A stretch of DNA of 64,000 bases, filler included, from Hyphochytrium catenoides (Eukaryota; Protista; Hyphochytriomycota): NCBI GenBank assembly GCA_900088475.1. It is 10 parts of 10 records of this genome, joined end to end, with 100 filler letters (N's around TTAATTAATTAA, not from the genome) between each part and the next. Parts side by side here need not be neighbours in the genome. Positions count along the whole stretch, not along the records: positions 10,423 to 13,214 come from FLMG01003031.1; positions 13,315 to 14,857 come from FLMG01000700.1; positions 14,958 to 24,314 come from FLMG01002602.1; 7 more parts are not named here. The stretch is one strand, 5' to 3'. Below are positions 12,173-24,310 of this stretch, one piece after another. The translations under genes and the position numbers were made by a program. The notes under the pieces were generated by a model. That model saw only the letters and a list, made by a program, of their open reading frames with translations. It was not told the DNA's origin and did not search any database. Each line of letters starts with the position of its first letter. Positions within the stretch are counted from its first letter, which is position 1.

Positions 12173-13314
12173 TGTGCCACACGAGAGTTTCCTGCGACGC
12201 TAGATGCAGATGACACTTGAGGTCAGCTTCCGAGACCCTTAGAGTGACCGTGATATCTTTTTGCTCTTCTCTTCTCACCTTCTTTCACTCCTGTTTCTTC
12301 CTGAAGAATGACTGCTCGTTGAAGCTTCAAAATAGTAGCCGATGCCTTGGTATCTGCTGACTTTTGAATGGCACAAGGCACCACATTGACCCCGAGACAG
12401 CGCGGCGAGAGTAGAGACTAGAGACATACAACGGAGAAAGAGAAGCGTTCAACCGCGAGCAAAGAAACGCAGGGGAAAAGGCTGTCAAACTCACAGTAGT
12501 GTTCGGAGCTGAAGGCGAATGTAGAGCAGCAGGAGCAGAACTCAATGCAAACAAACCGCAGCAGAGAAAAGAAGGGGAAAGGAAGGGAAACCTCTCCTCA
12601 CGAGATGCAAGAAAATAGTGAGAGATATGCTTGGCTATTCTATAATCAGAGGGCAAAACGAGTGAGAGAGACAGAGTGGGAAACAGAAAGGGAAAAGAGA
12701 TGACCAATCAAACGAGAAAGAGACAGGTAAAAAGCTATGAAGAAGCAAGGAAGAGAGAACGAGAAAGAGCACTTCTGAGGCAGAACTGAGAGCCAAAAGC
12801 AGTAGTAATAACACTAATTTGAACTTAACCCGTATAATACCCTCAATATCAATAGTAGTAGGACTATGATTTGAAGATATAGACTTTTCAAAATCTGTAC
12901 GCCGGTAACGACCGTCCTGAAGGCTGATGGACCCTTCTGGGGGTTATTTCTTAGGGCATAGCCCACTCTTCGTGTCAGGGTGGCATCCAAGGATGCATTC
13001 ATTCCGAATATCATGCAAATGGCTTCGGAATAGGCGTAGGCAATGTCCTTTCGTTTGTGGCTGCTTTGACGGAGCTTCGACCTCTAGAACTCTGGACTCT
13101 GGATAGACGAAGACAGAGAAGACGAGAGGTAAACCTTTAGGAGGAAGCAGGTGAAGGCTATGGCTTTAGTGCACCAAAGGACTTGGCACGAGACAGAGGC
13201 CAAGGCATCAAGCGNNNNNNNNNNNNNNNNNNNNNNNNNNNNNNNNNNNNNNNNNNNNTTAATTAATTAANNNNNNNNNNNNNNNNNNNNNNNNNNNNNN
13301 NNNNNNNNNNNNNN

Positions 13315-14023
13315 CTGAAGTGGAGAGAAGGAAGGGATTAGCCAGGGATCGGCTGGGCCGGCCTGGGCTGCTTGCATGACCAAGAGAACGAAAGCCAGAA
13401 GGCTTACCATTGCCTCATAATCCAAGCCAACTTCTGCTAGCACTTGCTCTACGATCTGCTGCTCCTCTTCTTCCTCACCGTCAAACTAGGAGAAAAGTTA
13501 TAAAAGAGAGGATTAGACCAAGAAGCAAAGCCGACACCTCCAATAGAGAGAGACACCAGGAAGCGCGACAAATGGAGAGATTCTCCAAAGAGCAAAGATG
13601 CAGCGACGACAGCTGAGCAAGAAGATAGTCAAAGAAATAGAAAGACTGTGGAAGTACCTCGTCGATGAGCGCATCATCCATCATGTCAAACTTCATCTGC
13701 ATCATCTCTGACTGCTTCTGATACTCTGCCAGAGTCTTTGCCATCCCCGCCTGATCGAGCTGAGCGCCCATCGAGTTCATTACCTGGACGTAAGTCGATG
13801 ATGAACACAAGGGAGAGAGAGAGTCTTAGACGCAGAGAGGGAGAGGAGAATTTCATAAAGAAGGAGAGAGGAGGGAGGGTGCAGAGTATGTTGACAGGAG
13901 GAGACAGAGTGAAACCTGTTTCCTGGATCAAGAGTGTGGTTGAAGGAGAGCAAGAGAGAAGAGAAGACACCACGAGGAAGAGCAGAGATAGGGAGACAAA
14001 GAAAGTGAGACGGGGAGGGAGAA

Positions 14024-14057
<34 letters not shown>

Positions 14058-14069
14058 AGAGAGAGAAGG

Positions 14070-14109
<40 letters not shown>

Positions 14110-14567
14110 CGCCGCACAAGAGTATTTGTAGTGCAGTCTGAGCATCATTGGGTCCGTGGTAAGAAGCAGGGTGTCGAGAAAGTCAAATAGTTACAAGGGC
14201 AAGAATAGCCAGAGAGGGTCTCGTCGTAGAAGAGAGATCGCTCATACCTTCGTCGTCTTCTCAAGGGTCGAGGCCATGGCAACTTGACTGGCCACCGTCT
14301 AGATGTGGAGCGCGGGGGGGTGAGAGGAAGGAAGGAACGAGATAAGCAAGATACAGGGAAAGAACAGCAAGAGGAGAGAGTGAGAGAAAAGACAAAGCCG
14401 AACGCTGAGATGACAGAGACAAAAGGACACGCACCAGTGACAGAGATAGTAGTAGGGCCACGTTAGAAAGAGAGACATTATGAAAGAAGAGAGAGAGAGA
14501 GAGAGAGGGACGAGAGCGAGAGAGAGAGTAAGAGAGAGAGAGAGAGAGGACGAGAGCGAGAGAGAGA

Positions 14568-14607
<40 letters not shown>

Positions 14608-14857
14608 AAGAGAGAGAGAGAACGAGAGAAAGAGAAAGCGATAGAAAGAAGAAGATAAAAAAAAAGAGAGACGAGGTAGCAAGAGAGGGAGCAAGAGAGA
14701 GAGGGAGAAAAGGAGAGAGAGAAAGAGAGAGAGAGCAAGAAAGAGAGAGAGAGAGTAGAGAGAGAGAGAGAGAGTAGAAGGAAGCTCGATACAGGACAGA
14801 ATAGCTGCTCCTAGCTCGGCTTACCGTTGCTTGCATGCCAACAGCTCCAATCTGTGC
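13315..14857 (-). CDS. CHMP2: ESCRT-III Snf7-family protein CHMP2/Vps2, internal fragment (both ends cut by spacers)
   Basis: Exons give AQIGAVGMQAT|TVASQVAMASTLEKTTK|VMNSMGAQLDQAGMAKTLAEYQKQSEMMQMKFDMMDDALIDE, the typical Vps2/CHMP2 helices. Introns are CT-rich. Confidence 0.85.
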
Positions 14858-15088
14858 NNNNNNNNNNNNNNNNNNNNNNNNNNNNNNNNNNNNNNNNNNN
14901 NTTAATTAATTAANNNNNNNNNNNNNNNNNNNNNNNNNNNNNNNNNNNNNNNNNNNNCCCATACAAATTCAACACAAAATTCAATACATTATACAACAAA
15001 ATGAGAACTAGGGAAATAGGGTCCCGTAAGATCTCCATACTCATTCTGACCATATTAGTAGACCACGTAACCTTACCTTAATGACAGT

Positions 15089-15560
15089 GTCCTCCCTACA
15101 GTAGCAAACGAATGGCAAAACTTACTGGACGATTTGAGGTGTCGCGTGACCTGTCGCCGCCGTCTGTCGTCGGCTCCTATATTAAAATACAGAACGCTAG
15201 CTTGATTAGTCTCAGCCAATATGAACTTACAACGAAACGACTCTTGTTCTGATACCTGAGTTCAAATCTGCAGAACACACACTGTGTGTCTGGCTGTTTG
15301 TGTGTCTGCGATATAAAATATAGATAAATATCGCTAATCACTCTTTGGGCGGTTATCTTTTAGGTCTGGGTTTTATGGTTTCAGTACTATAGTCCCATAT
15401 TAGGGGGTCAGAGCCGAGCAAAATTGAAAGGGCCGGTATGGGCGCAAATTGAACTTGTAACTCGAGACATATCACTATAAACCGAGACACACCTTTGCGT
15501 GCTTTCTGCGTGTTTTAATCCAGGTGTCAGAACAAGACTATTTTTGTTGTAAGTTCATAT
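15089..15560. mobile_element. Non-autonomous TIR/foldback element A (right end truncated at element B)
   Basis: 15219-15290 (atatgaacttacaac...ctgtgtgtct) is an inverted repeat of 15485-15560. The left end gtcctccctacagtagcaaacgaatggc... matches the ends of element C, and the interior 15340-15490 is homologous in reverse to 15968-16110. Confidence 0.7.
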
Positions 15561-16511
15561 CAATAGCTTTAGGCTTCGCCTAGGGCTCGCCCGAAGTTTA
15601 TAGTCCGTAACCCAGCCTTCGGCTGCATTATTAGTGGAAGATGCTTGGATCCCTGATTTAGTTGTACAAGTAATATCAGGAGTCCTTCACTTCTTCCTAT
15701 ATTATGTAGTTCTATCAGTATTTCCTAGCTTAGGTATGCACACTCTCTAAAGGATCGCTCTACTCCTTCACCCACGCTTCCTACAGCAGCGTACTGAGTG
15801 AGTGAGTGAGTGGGTGAATGGTGTAACTTTCTCAACTCTCGACTGCTGCAGGAGTCGCGTGACATGTCACCTCCACCCTCAGCTCCTACAGCTAAAAATA
15901 CACGATAGTAGGTGATGCGCCTCAGATAAAATGAATTTACAACACAAATTCGCGTGGACGCACGCGATGTGTCTCGGTCTACGGTGATACGTCTCGCGTT
16001 ACATATTCGATTTCCGTTCATAAAGCCTTTTCGCTTCCGCTCTGACCCCTTTTATGTCTTCAAATTACACAAAGAAAGACCCAAAACCAAGAAAAAGCCC
16101 AAATAGTGATTATTGAAATTCCAACTACGAAGTGAATTTATGATCACAAACACACACACACAGACAGATAACACGAAAAAGTCCATTTTAGTACTAAGCC
16201 CCTGTGGGTTGAAATTGAGGCTCGCCCTTCGGGCACGCAAATAGCTAAGACGCATCAACCTCGCATATCTCATTTTACTATGATGTATGGGAGGAGCTAA
16301 CGATGGCGGTGACAAGTCACGCAACAACCGTCGAGCAAGTTTCGCCATTCATTTGCATACTGTAGGGGGGACGTACGAGTAGAGGAAAAGATTCTGTCAA
16401 AGAACAGACGCCAGTAGTGTTTCAAAGCATCTTCCAATAGTAATGCAGTCAACGGCTGGATGACGCACTATTTGCTTCGGGAAAGCCCTAGGCGAAGCCT
16501 AAAGCTATTGA
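15560..16511. mobile_element. Non-autonomous TIR element B (MITE-like, ~950 bp) flanked by TA
   Basis: TIRs of about 90 bp at 15560-15650 and 16421-16511. The first 28 nt are identical (tcaatagctttaggcttcgcctagggct), with about 15 mismatches in 91 nt and no gaps by eye. TA at 15558-15559 and 16512-16513. Confidence 0.85.
15775..16372. mobile_element. Non-autonomous TIR element C nested in B, same family as A in the opposite orientation
   Basis: Ends cttcctacag...gtcgcgtgacatgtcacctcc...agctcc and ggagct...ggcggtgacaagtcacgcaac...ctgtagggggga are diverged inverted repeats. The interior is homologous to A. Confidence 0.7.
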
Positions 16512-17952
16512 TACTTGATTAGGTGTCTCGTAGGTCTGAGTTGGAAAGGACCATAATCAAAAAGCCATCGCCCACCCACGCTCCTTATGGGCATCATTCA
16601 GTAGTCAGTTCCTAAGAAAATACTTCGACAGCTCTTAGCAGATGAGAGACTTCCCAACTGTCGAACAGAGAACCCTAATTAGTTTATGGTGTCCCATCAG
16701 TATGACTGAGATCCCGCCTGGACTATTACAACCTAGGCAAGGATACCAGCTAGAAAGCGAGCAGTGAAAAGCAAAGGTAGTTGTCACTGAATGAATATTA
16801 AGCAGAATGTAACAGGACACCTTGTACTACTATTGGTAAAGAGCTAATGTCACTTCAACTGGGAAAAGGCAACAACAGGCTAGAGAGAACAACTTTGTGC
16901 CTGTCCACGCTTGACAGAAGCTCAGTACAACTTGATGTTGGCTCTAGACTGCGGTACCCCAGTTTGGCCTTACACCTGAACCACTCTCACCCATGGTAGC
17001 TCCTCCCCTCCAAGTAAATATGCGTCATGATTCTATAGGGGTAGTTGGCATAGTCGACGTATCTCCAGATCGTGGTTCCTAGTAGTTTGGCGTTATAGGT
17101 GGAGCTACATTAACTATTAAGCATTGTCCAATACTACTGGTGATGTCAAGGGACTATAGTAACAAATTAATGAAGATCATGGGCTCGAGGTGCGTTCCAT
17201 AACAATGTAACCTTAAATGCCATTAGAAAGCCTAAGTAGGCAAAGCTATGAGTTGATATCACGAGAGAAAGAAGAGTGATGAATGGCCTAAGTAAGAGAG
17301 CGAATAGTGATTGATACAGCTCATTGTTCACCCTTCTCTTGATCCTCTTCTCTCTAAAATGGCGTCTGAGGAGGCGGTCGAACCAAGTTTTTCCTCACCG
17401 TCCTGCCAGTTCCTCGTCCGCGACGGACGACGAGGAATGAAGGACATCGAGGCATTTGGCAGAAGTGTTAGTGTTATATGTTAGTCTTCTTACGATAGGT
17501 AATCTCCTTCGTCTAACGCCTGCTTCTCTTACTCGGACCGGACGCTGATATTAGGGTTGCGTGGGTCCAGTGTGAAAGATGCGGAAATTCGGTCTGGATC
17601 CCTTTCCTACTTAAGAGTCAACCGCCGCAGCTCCTGCACTGGTGGGACGGACACTAACGACGAGCCCAAATAATGGAAGACAGGTCTGTAGACGGTCTGG
17701 CCACAAAAGGCAAAGTGAGCGTCAGTTACCGCTTAAAACCAAGCAGAGATCAAGAGGAAACTTCTTCTTCAAGGAGAGATACTAGGCGATGGCTTGGCTG
17801 GGCTGCCGTTCCTTGGCTAATAACCGACGTCACTATTAATTTAAAGGATATCAAACCGTCCACTCAGGAGGAAACATCGGTCCTCGCTCCTTGATACTAA
17901 GTCCTCTTGTGTATACCCTTCTCGGTCACTCTCCCTCTCCCTCTGCCCGCTA

Positions 17953-20900
17953 CTATTCCTGATCTATCTGCGCCATGAGGATGGTGGTGCGGCGCGGATC
18001 ATTAAGCATCGCCTCCATCTCCGACATCTCCTCCTGGTCGCCTCCCTCATCTCGCTCACCGAAGACGGCCCCGCCGTCCATGTTCTCTTCTAGCGATACG
18101 CCTCCACCCTTCCTGCTACTCTCCTGACCCAACCCTGGAGCGCGCTGCTGAAGCTGCCACATCCTGCTTGTCTCGCGCCTGAGAAGCGGCGGGGGCGGGC
18201 CCTTAATAGATGTACGTGGAGGGGCTTGTTGCTGTCGAGCCTCTCTCTCTCCCATGCTCTCTTTCCGTTCCTTCACGTCGCTCCCTGGAACAGGAGGAGG
18301 CGGAATACTTAGAGAAGTGCCCGCAGCTTGATGACCAGCAACCAACTCCAGCGACAAAGGGCCATTTGCCTTGCTCTTTCTCCCTTTGTCGTCCACTCTC
18401 TGCTGCACAAGAGATTCTATTTCTGCCTTCGCTAAAGTGTCAACATCAGGAGCTAGCGCCAGAGAAGGTGAAGCGTCCTTCAGTGTTGAAGAGGAAGAAG
18501 AGAGCACTGCTGCACTCTCCGCTTTCTCTTCTTGACCCTCTTCTTTCTTCTTCTTCGTCTCCTCACTCAACTCTCCTGCTGAGCGCTCTCCTGTCGTGAC
18601 CGCTACACCTGGCGCTACCGCAAGAGGAGCCTTGAAGGAAGCGTTTTCCTGTGGACCCGCCGCTGACTGAGAAGAAGTTTGAGAGTCGCTCCTGCCCCCT
18701 TCCAGCGACGGGTTCGGGCCGGGAGAAGGGCAGGTGATGGCTGTGAGGGAAGAGGTGGAGACGGAGGTGCATGGGGATGCGTCCTGCCCGAGGGAGGCCA
18801 GGGAGGAGACCATTGGCCCTGAAGGTTGAGGTGAGTGGTCAGCTTTGATAGCTGGTAAGATTGAGACAAGAGAGGGAGAAGGAGGAGAGCCTTCCCTACT
18901 GTCCTGGACATCTGTAGAAACAAAAGTATCTGTGCTCCCGCCTTTCCCTCCTCCTCCATTCTCCTTCTTCTCTAGTGTCTCTTCTATTTTTCCCTTTCTA
19001 TTTCTTGGCTCTTCTGACTGTCCTCTTTCACTCTGTCCAGAGCTGTGAGAAAGAGGAAGAGCATGCAAAGGGGACGAGTCTCCCTCACTTTCTCCCTCGC
19101 CCAGAAGCTTCTGAAGTGTCTCTCGAATCTGATTTTCCTTTTCAAGGCAGCGCTCCATCCACCGCTGCAGCACCTCATCCTGCCTCTCCTGCGCCCCCTG
19201 GAGCCCCCGCAGCTGCTTTGAAAAGTTCTCCACCTGACAGTGCAGGCGACCAAGCATCTCTCCTTCTTCCTCTGTGTCCACGGAGATGATCCCTGCGCGA
19301 TACTCCTTCGCGTTCCCCCTAAAGTTGAAACCCGCACGCACCTTCTGCGACGAGAGAATGATGTCTTCCTTTTTCTCTCTCTTCTTTTCTGAATCTGTGC
19401 CAGCTACCGCTGTTGCCGCGCCAGGAGAAGGAGGCTGTTGAGGTACGGGCAACGGAGTGACGAGAGAGGAGGAGACGGAAGACCTTAAAGACACGAAGAA
19501 GCTGCGAAGAGAGGAAGTAGCAGAGGCCGGTGCCGCTTCCGAGGGAGGGGAGGCGGAGGCCCTGGTATAGCCATAATGAGGGTTGTGCACGAGCTTCTCT
19601 CTCTTGAGGATAAACTGCGCCTTCCTCAGCATCCACTCCTGAGCCGACTTCTGGCGGATGTGGCTGTACGTGGAGTTCATCATAGCGATGAGGAGATTGA
19701 GAGAGAGAAGCGGCACCAGCAGGGTGAACATCAAGAAGACAGCGCCAGAAACCACGCCATGGACCCGCCGCGCCAGGTCGTGGTCGAGGCCGGCCATACT
19801 AATCATCAGATGGAAGGCGTGCTTGGTCACTGACCAGGACTCCTCCTCCGGGTTGGAGAGGTCAAAGAGTGCCATCGCCATGGCAAAGCCTGGGATATTG
19901 ACGGCAACGACGGAGAGGAAAAGAAGCATGTCGTTTTTGAAGATCGCCTCCATAGTGATGAAGAGAGGACCAAGAGTGGGCAGCAGCTGCAGGTACCCGA
20001 TCAGCTTCAGCCACATGAGCACCACGAGCACCGCCACCAGCTCGAGCTGCTCCCCCTCAGAGCCTTGAGAGTAACGGAGAAAGACGAGGGCGAAGCAAAG
20101 GGCGAGAGCAAGGAGATGCTGGGCCACCCCCAGCACCCGCAATAGAACGGAAAAGAGTTGCTCTATTCTCCTTGTAGGGGAAGAGTGATGGTGAAGATGG
20201 AAAGCGGTAGAGAGGAGGTGCCTGCGGCGGGGTAAGAGAGCGGAGAGGGAGGAGATGAGGCGAGGAAAGAGAGAGCGAGGCGTTAGTTCATATTCCAGGA
20301 TCAGCTGGTGAAAGGTCAGGAGGGTCGTGGAGACGACCGTGAGAATCTCCAGAGCTTGCCTCGCCTTCCCCATCTCTCCTTGATAAATATTAAGCCCTCC
20401 CTCTCCCTCTCCCTCCTCGTAGAGAGTGATGCCGGCTGCAAGGTTGCAGGAGAGAAGAGAGATGAAGAAGAGGCCGAGCTCGCTGATCTGCAGCTTCCAA
20501 CCAAATTCTTGGTACTTCCAGGCCATCAGCGCCTTCACTGCGGGGTGTCCGAGCACATCCTTCCGCTTCTGACAGCGCTCCACGATGATGTGCATCGGCG
20601 TCTGGCCCGGCCGGGTCCTCGATCCGTCCGGCCACATAACCGATATTCTGGGATCGTCCAGCAGCTCTAAGCCGTAGACGCAATATTCGCAATTGTCCTG
20701 CGAGTCTTTGGAGAGCACCTGCAGCTTGATCTTGTTTAGAACCAGCACGGTCAGCTGCGGCCTCAGAGAGGTATAGAAGGCCGCCATCAAGAATACCTCG
20801 CCCTCCGGCCGGTCCACCTTCTGCAGCATGAGGTCCACGACCTTCAGCTGCTCCACCTCGCTGCTCACGTGAGAAGAGAAGAACGCATAGTACCAGGCGT

Positions 20901-21821
20901 TCCGGCTCGCTCTGTCTCGCACCATCGGGTCCGCTTTCCTGTCTAATAACACGGAGATCACGTCCAAGTGCGCGTTCTCCACGGCCTTACACAGAGCCGT
21001 GTAGTCATTGTCCAGCCGGTAGTTCACGTTCGCGCCCTCCTCCAGCGCTTTCAGGACGGCCGCGCGGTCGCCTCTCTCGGCCGCGATGACCAGATGGACG
21101 TCCGCGGTCCGCCCGAGCTGCAGATCTTTCTTTCCTTTGATCTTCCGTCCTGCGCCTCCGCGGTCCGCCAGCATATCGAGCTTGCCACTCGCGGTGATGG
21201 AGCGGCGCTGGACCTTCTTGTTGGGGACGAGGAGGTGCTGGTCCCCCGTGGGCCCAGGAGGAGAGAGAGCGGACGCCTCGGCGCTCGCGGGTCCAGAGAG
21301 AGAACGAGAGGAGAGGGGAGCAGGAGAGACTGCAGACGCCGTTTTGTCTCCTTGACGGTCTTTCTGACTCCTCTCTTCCTCGGCTGCGGGGCCTCTGGGG
21401 CCTCCTTGTGAAGCTGGGAGAGAGCAGGAGATGGAGAAGAAAGGAACGGAGAGATCAGAGAAAGTGAGGGAAGTAGTTGAGGATTATTGGCCTTTAGATC
21501 AGAAGCTTTTTCCCTGACTCTCTCTCTCTCTCTCTTCCCGTAGGTCTAGCTACTTGTCTATGCCAGCCATTAGCTGCCTGTGCTCCCCTCTATCTGTGTG
21601 TCCACTGCATGCCGTCTATACTGAAGGCATCAATCTATGCTTTCTCACTCTCTCTCTCTCTCTCTGTTTCCCCTTAAAGATAATAACAGAGTCTCTCCCC
21701 TCGTTGATGTCTTACCTGCATCGCCGCGGTCGGGAAGAGTCTCAGAGGAAACAAGGGCAGGCCGCACCTTCAGCTGCGGAGGGAGAAGAAGTGAAGTCTC
21801 CATTGGGAGAGAGTTGGCCAT
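17953..21821 (-). CDS. Ankyrin-repeat TRP-family cation channel (TRPV/TRPA-like); exons 21821-21716 and 21413-17953, about 1188 aa
   Basis: Ankyrin repeats (AAERGD...GANVNYRLDNDYTALCKAVENAHLDVISVLLDRKADP), six hydrophobic segments, S4-S5 LGPLFITMEAIFKNDMLLFL, and S6/TRP box LSLNLLIAMMNSTYSHIRQKSAQEW, then a coiled coil and a disordered tail. The upstream exon joins in frame via G|GTAAG...cccag|CT. Confidence 0.9.
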
Positions 21822-22149
21822 CTGACGAGGAAGAGAACCCCTTCCTGTCCCCTATAACCCAACCCTGGGAAGCTGTCTCTCTCTCGCTCTGTGCTTGTGT
21901 CTTTCCAAAAAGAGAGAGGACAGCTGGACTTCCTGCTCCAACCTTTTCTCCGTCTTGCCTGGTGTCCTTCTTTCACTTCACCTGCTTCCCTCCTCTCGAT
22001 CTCCTGAGATTAGACGTTCAATGCACCCGGCGCCGAGAAAACCGCATAACCTCTCTCTCTCTCTTTCGGTCTTTCTCTTCTTTTGCTTGACTCTGTCTCC
22101 TACGGCTTCCTCCAAGGACGGCAGTGTTTCCGATGCCTCATAATGCCGA

Positions 22150-22666
22150 ATAGAACATTCTCTCTCTTTCTCTCTCTCTCTTTCAGACAAGCAACATCGT
22201 CCGTCTAGAAGAGTGACGTTATGTCTTCTTTCACATTCTCTCCTCTCCGTCTAGAGCTCACGCAAGTCCAGGACTGAAGAGGAACCACGCGGCTGGTGGT
22301 GGATGATCCCGGGCGGCAGCCTCCTGCTCTCGCGCGTTTCTTTTCTCTTCTTGCGTTTCCCCACACACTCTCTCTCTCCTTCTCTCTCTCTCTCTCTCTC
22401 CCTCTCTCTCTCTCTCCCCCCTCTCTCTTTCTCTCTCTTTCCCTCTCTTCTCTTGACAATCTCTTCACGGTCTCTATTGTTAGGCATGCAGAACCAACGC
22501 AGAATAACGTCCCAGTGCAGTGTTTCTCCCTCCGGGATTGAGACAGAAGGAGGAATGTTATGGCTGAGCTGCCTGCCTCTCTCCTCCTCCTGTCATATCT
22601 CTCCTCTCCCCGCACTTTGCCCGTGTCGTTAGTCTTATTCCTCTTTCTTCCATCACCTTCCTCCTC

Positions 22667-22705
<39 letters not shown>

Positions 22706-23165
22706 CCCGCTCAGTCTCTCCCCTTCTCTTGTCGTACTCCCTCTGTCCTTCTGCTTCCTTCTGAAGGAGGGAGGTCTCAACTCTGCCCGAGGAGTTTCTC
22801 TGCTCACTGTTTCTGTCCCTCTCCCTTGTCTCTCACTGCCGCTTCTGTACTCTCTTCTCTCTCTTTCTCTCTCTGTCTCTGTCTCTCTCTCTCTCTCTCC
22901 CTTCGTCGCTTCCTCTCTCCCTCTATCTTTCTGTCCACTTCTCTTTCCTGCTTTACTGCCAACTTTGCGCTGGAGAAAAAATTGTAACCACCCCCATGCT
23001 CAGATACAAAAACATTCCGAATGTAGATAGCTATTCCGGACATAGTTTAGAATTCAGGGAGTGACGGGGCTGTTATTATCCTGAATCTTGTATCTAGTGA
23101 CAAGTGTGACAGCCCTGCAACCTTATTTTCTGTTCATGGTGGAAGAGAGAGAGAGAGAGCGAGCG

Positions 23166-23208
<43 letters not shown>

Positions 23209-24023
23209 AATGAAGAGAGAGTGAGATACAGAGAAAGAGAGAGAGTTGAGCCTGTAGCAGAAGGGGCCATCAGCAGTGAGGAGCATGTCTTGCAAAACTT
23301 TTATAAAAAAAAATAAGAGGAAGAAGAGAGAGGAGAGAGAGAGAGATCGCGGCCTGATCAGAGAGGGGAAGAGGAAGACAGAGGGAAATGGAGGGAGAGA
23401 GAGCTTGAAGATCTAAACAGTTGGCCGCCTGGATGGTTAGAATCTATCTTCCTTTCTCTTCCTTTCTCCTCCATCCTCCTTCAGCGCCTGTTCCTCCGTC
23501 TTGAGATCTCCTTTGCTTCGATGAGTGCGAACAGTTCCATCCTCTTTCCCTCTCTCCTTCTCTCTCTCTTTCTCTCCCTCTCTCTTTCCCTCTCTCCCTC
23601 NNNNNNNNNNNNNNNNNNNNNNNNNNTGAGTCACTCTCACGAGGCTTCTCGTCTCTCACTTTCCCTTTTTACTCCCTAAGAAAGGGCAGAGAGAGAAGAG
23701 ACGGAGCGAAAGAGAGACAGGATGAGAGAGAACAAGATAGAAGAGATAGTAGAGAAAAATTGGAGAGAGAGAAAGAGAGAGAAGAGAGAGGGAGAGACCC
23801 GCGCGAGTGATAAGAAAGGAGAAGGGAAAGAAACAGAGAAGGGTCAAGGAGAGTGGGCGCCGCAGAAGAAGAGATCACTCTCTCAGTAGCACCGTTTCCC
23901 GATGTAGTCTTTCTTTCTCTTTCTTTCTCTCTCTTTTCTCTCTTTCTCTCTTTTAGTCAATTCAATCAGCGCGCTCTAATCGCTGTTCAGGGACGGGCCG
24001 CTCAATAGAGAACATAGTGGCAG

Positions 24024-24063
<40 letters not shown>

Positions 24064-24201
24064 GCCTGGCTGTCCCCACCTCTCTCTCCCCGCTCCCGCT
24101 CGCATGTCTGCCTCAGCTCTTCCTATTCTTGCTTGCTCTCCTTGATAACTCCCCTCTCTTCCACTTCTCTCTCTCTCTCCCTTCTCTCTCTCTTTCTTCT
24201 T

Positions 24202-24240
<39 letters not shown>

Positions 24241-24310
24241 GCCCTCTCTCTCTTTCGCCCTCTCTCTCCCTTCTCTCTCAGTGTTGGCCGGACATCTGTT
24301 AACTCTATCT
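22150..24310. repeat. (CT)n/(GA)n microsatellite-rich upstream region of the TRP gene
   Basis: Many pure and compound CT/GA tracts on both strands, e.g. 22670-22700, 23145-23205, 24030-24058. Confidence 0.85.

Noticed and set aside
18210-21411. Plus-strand and alternate-frame ORFs overlapping the TRP gene
   Set aside because: Shadow ORFs of a GC-rich coding exon with no motifs.
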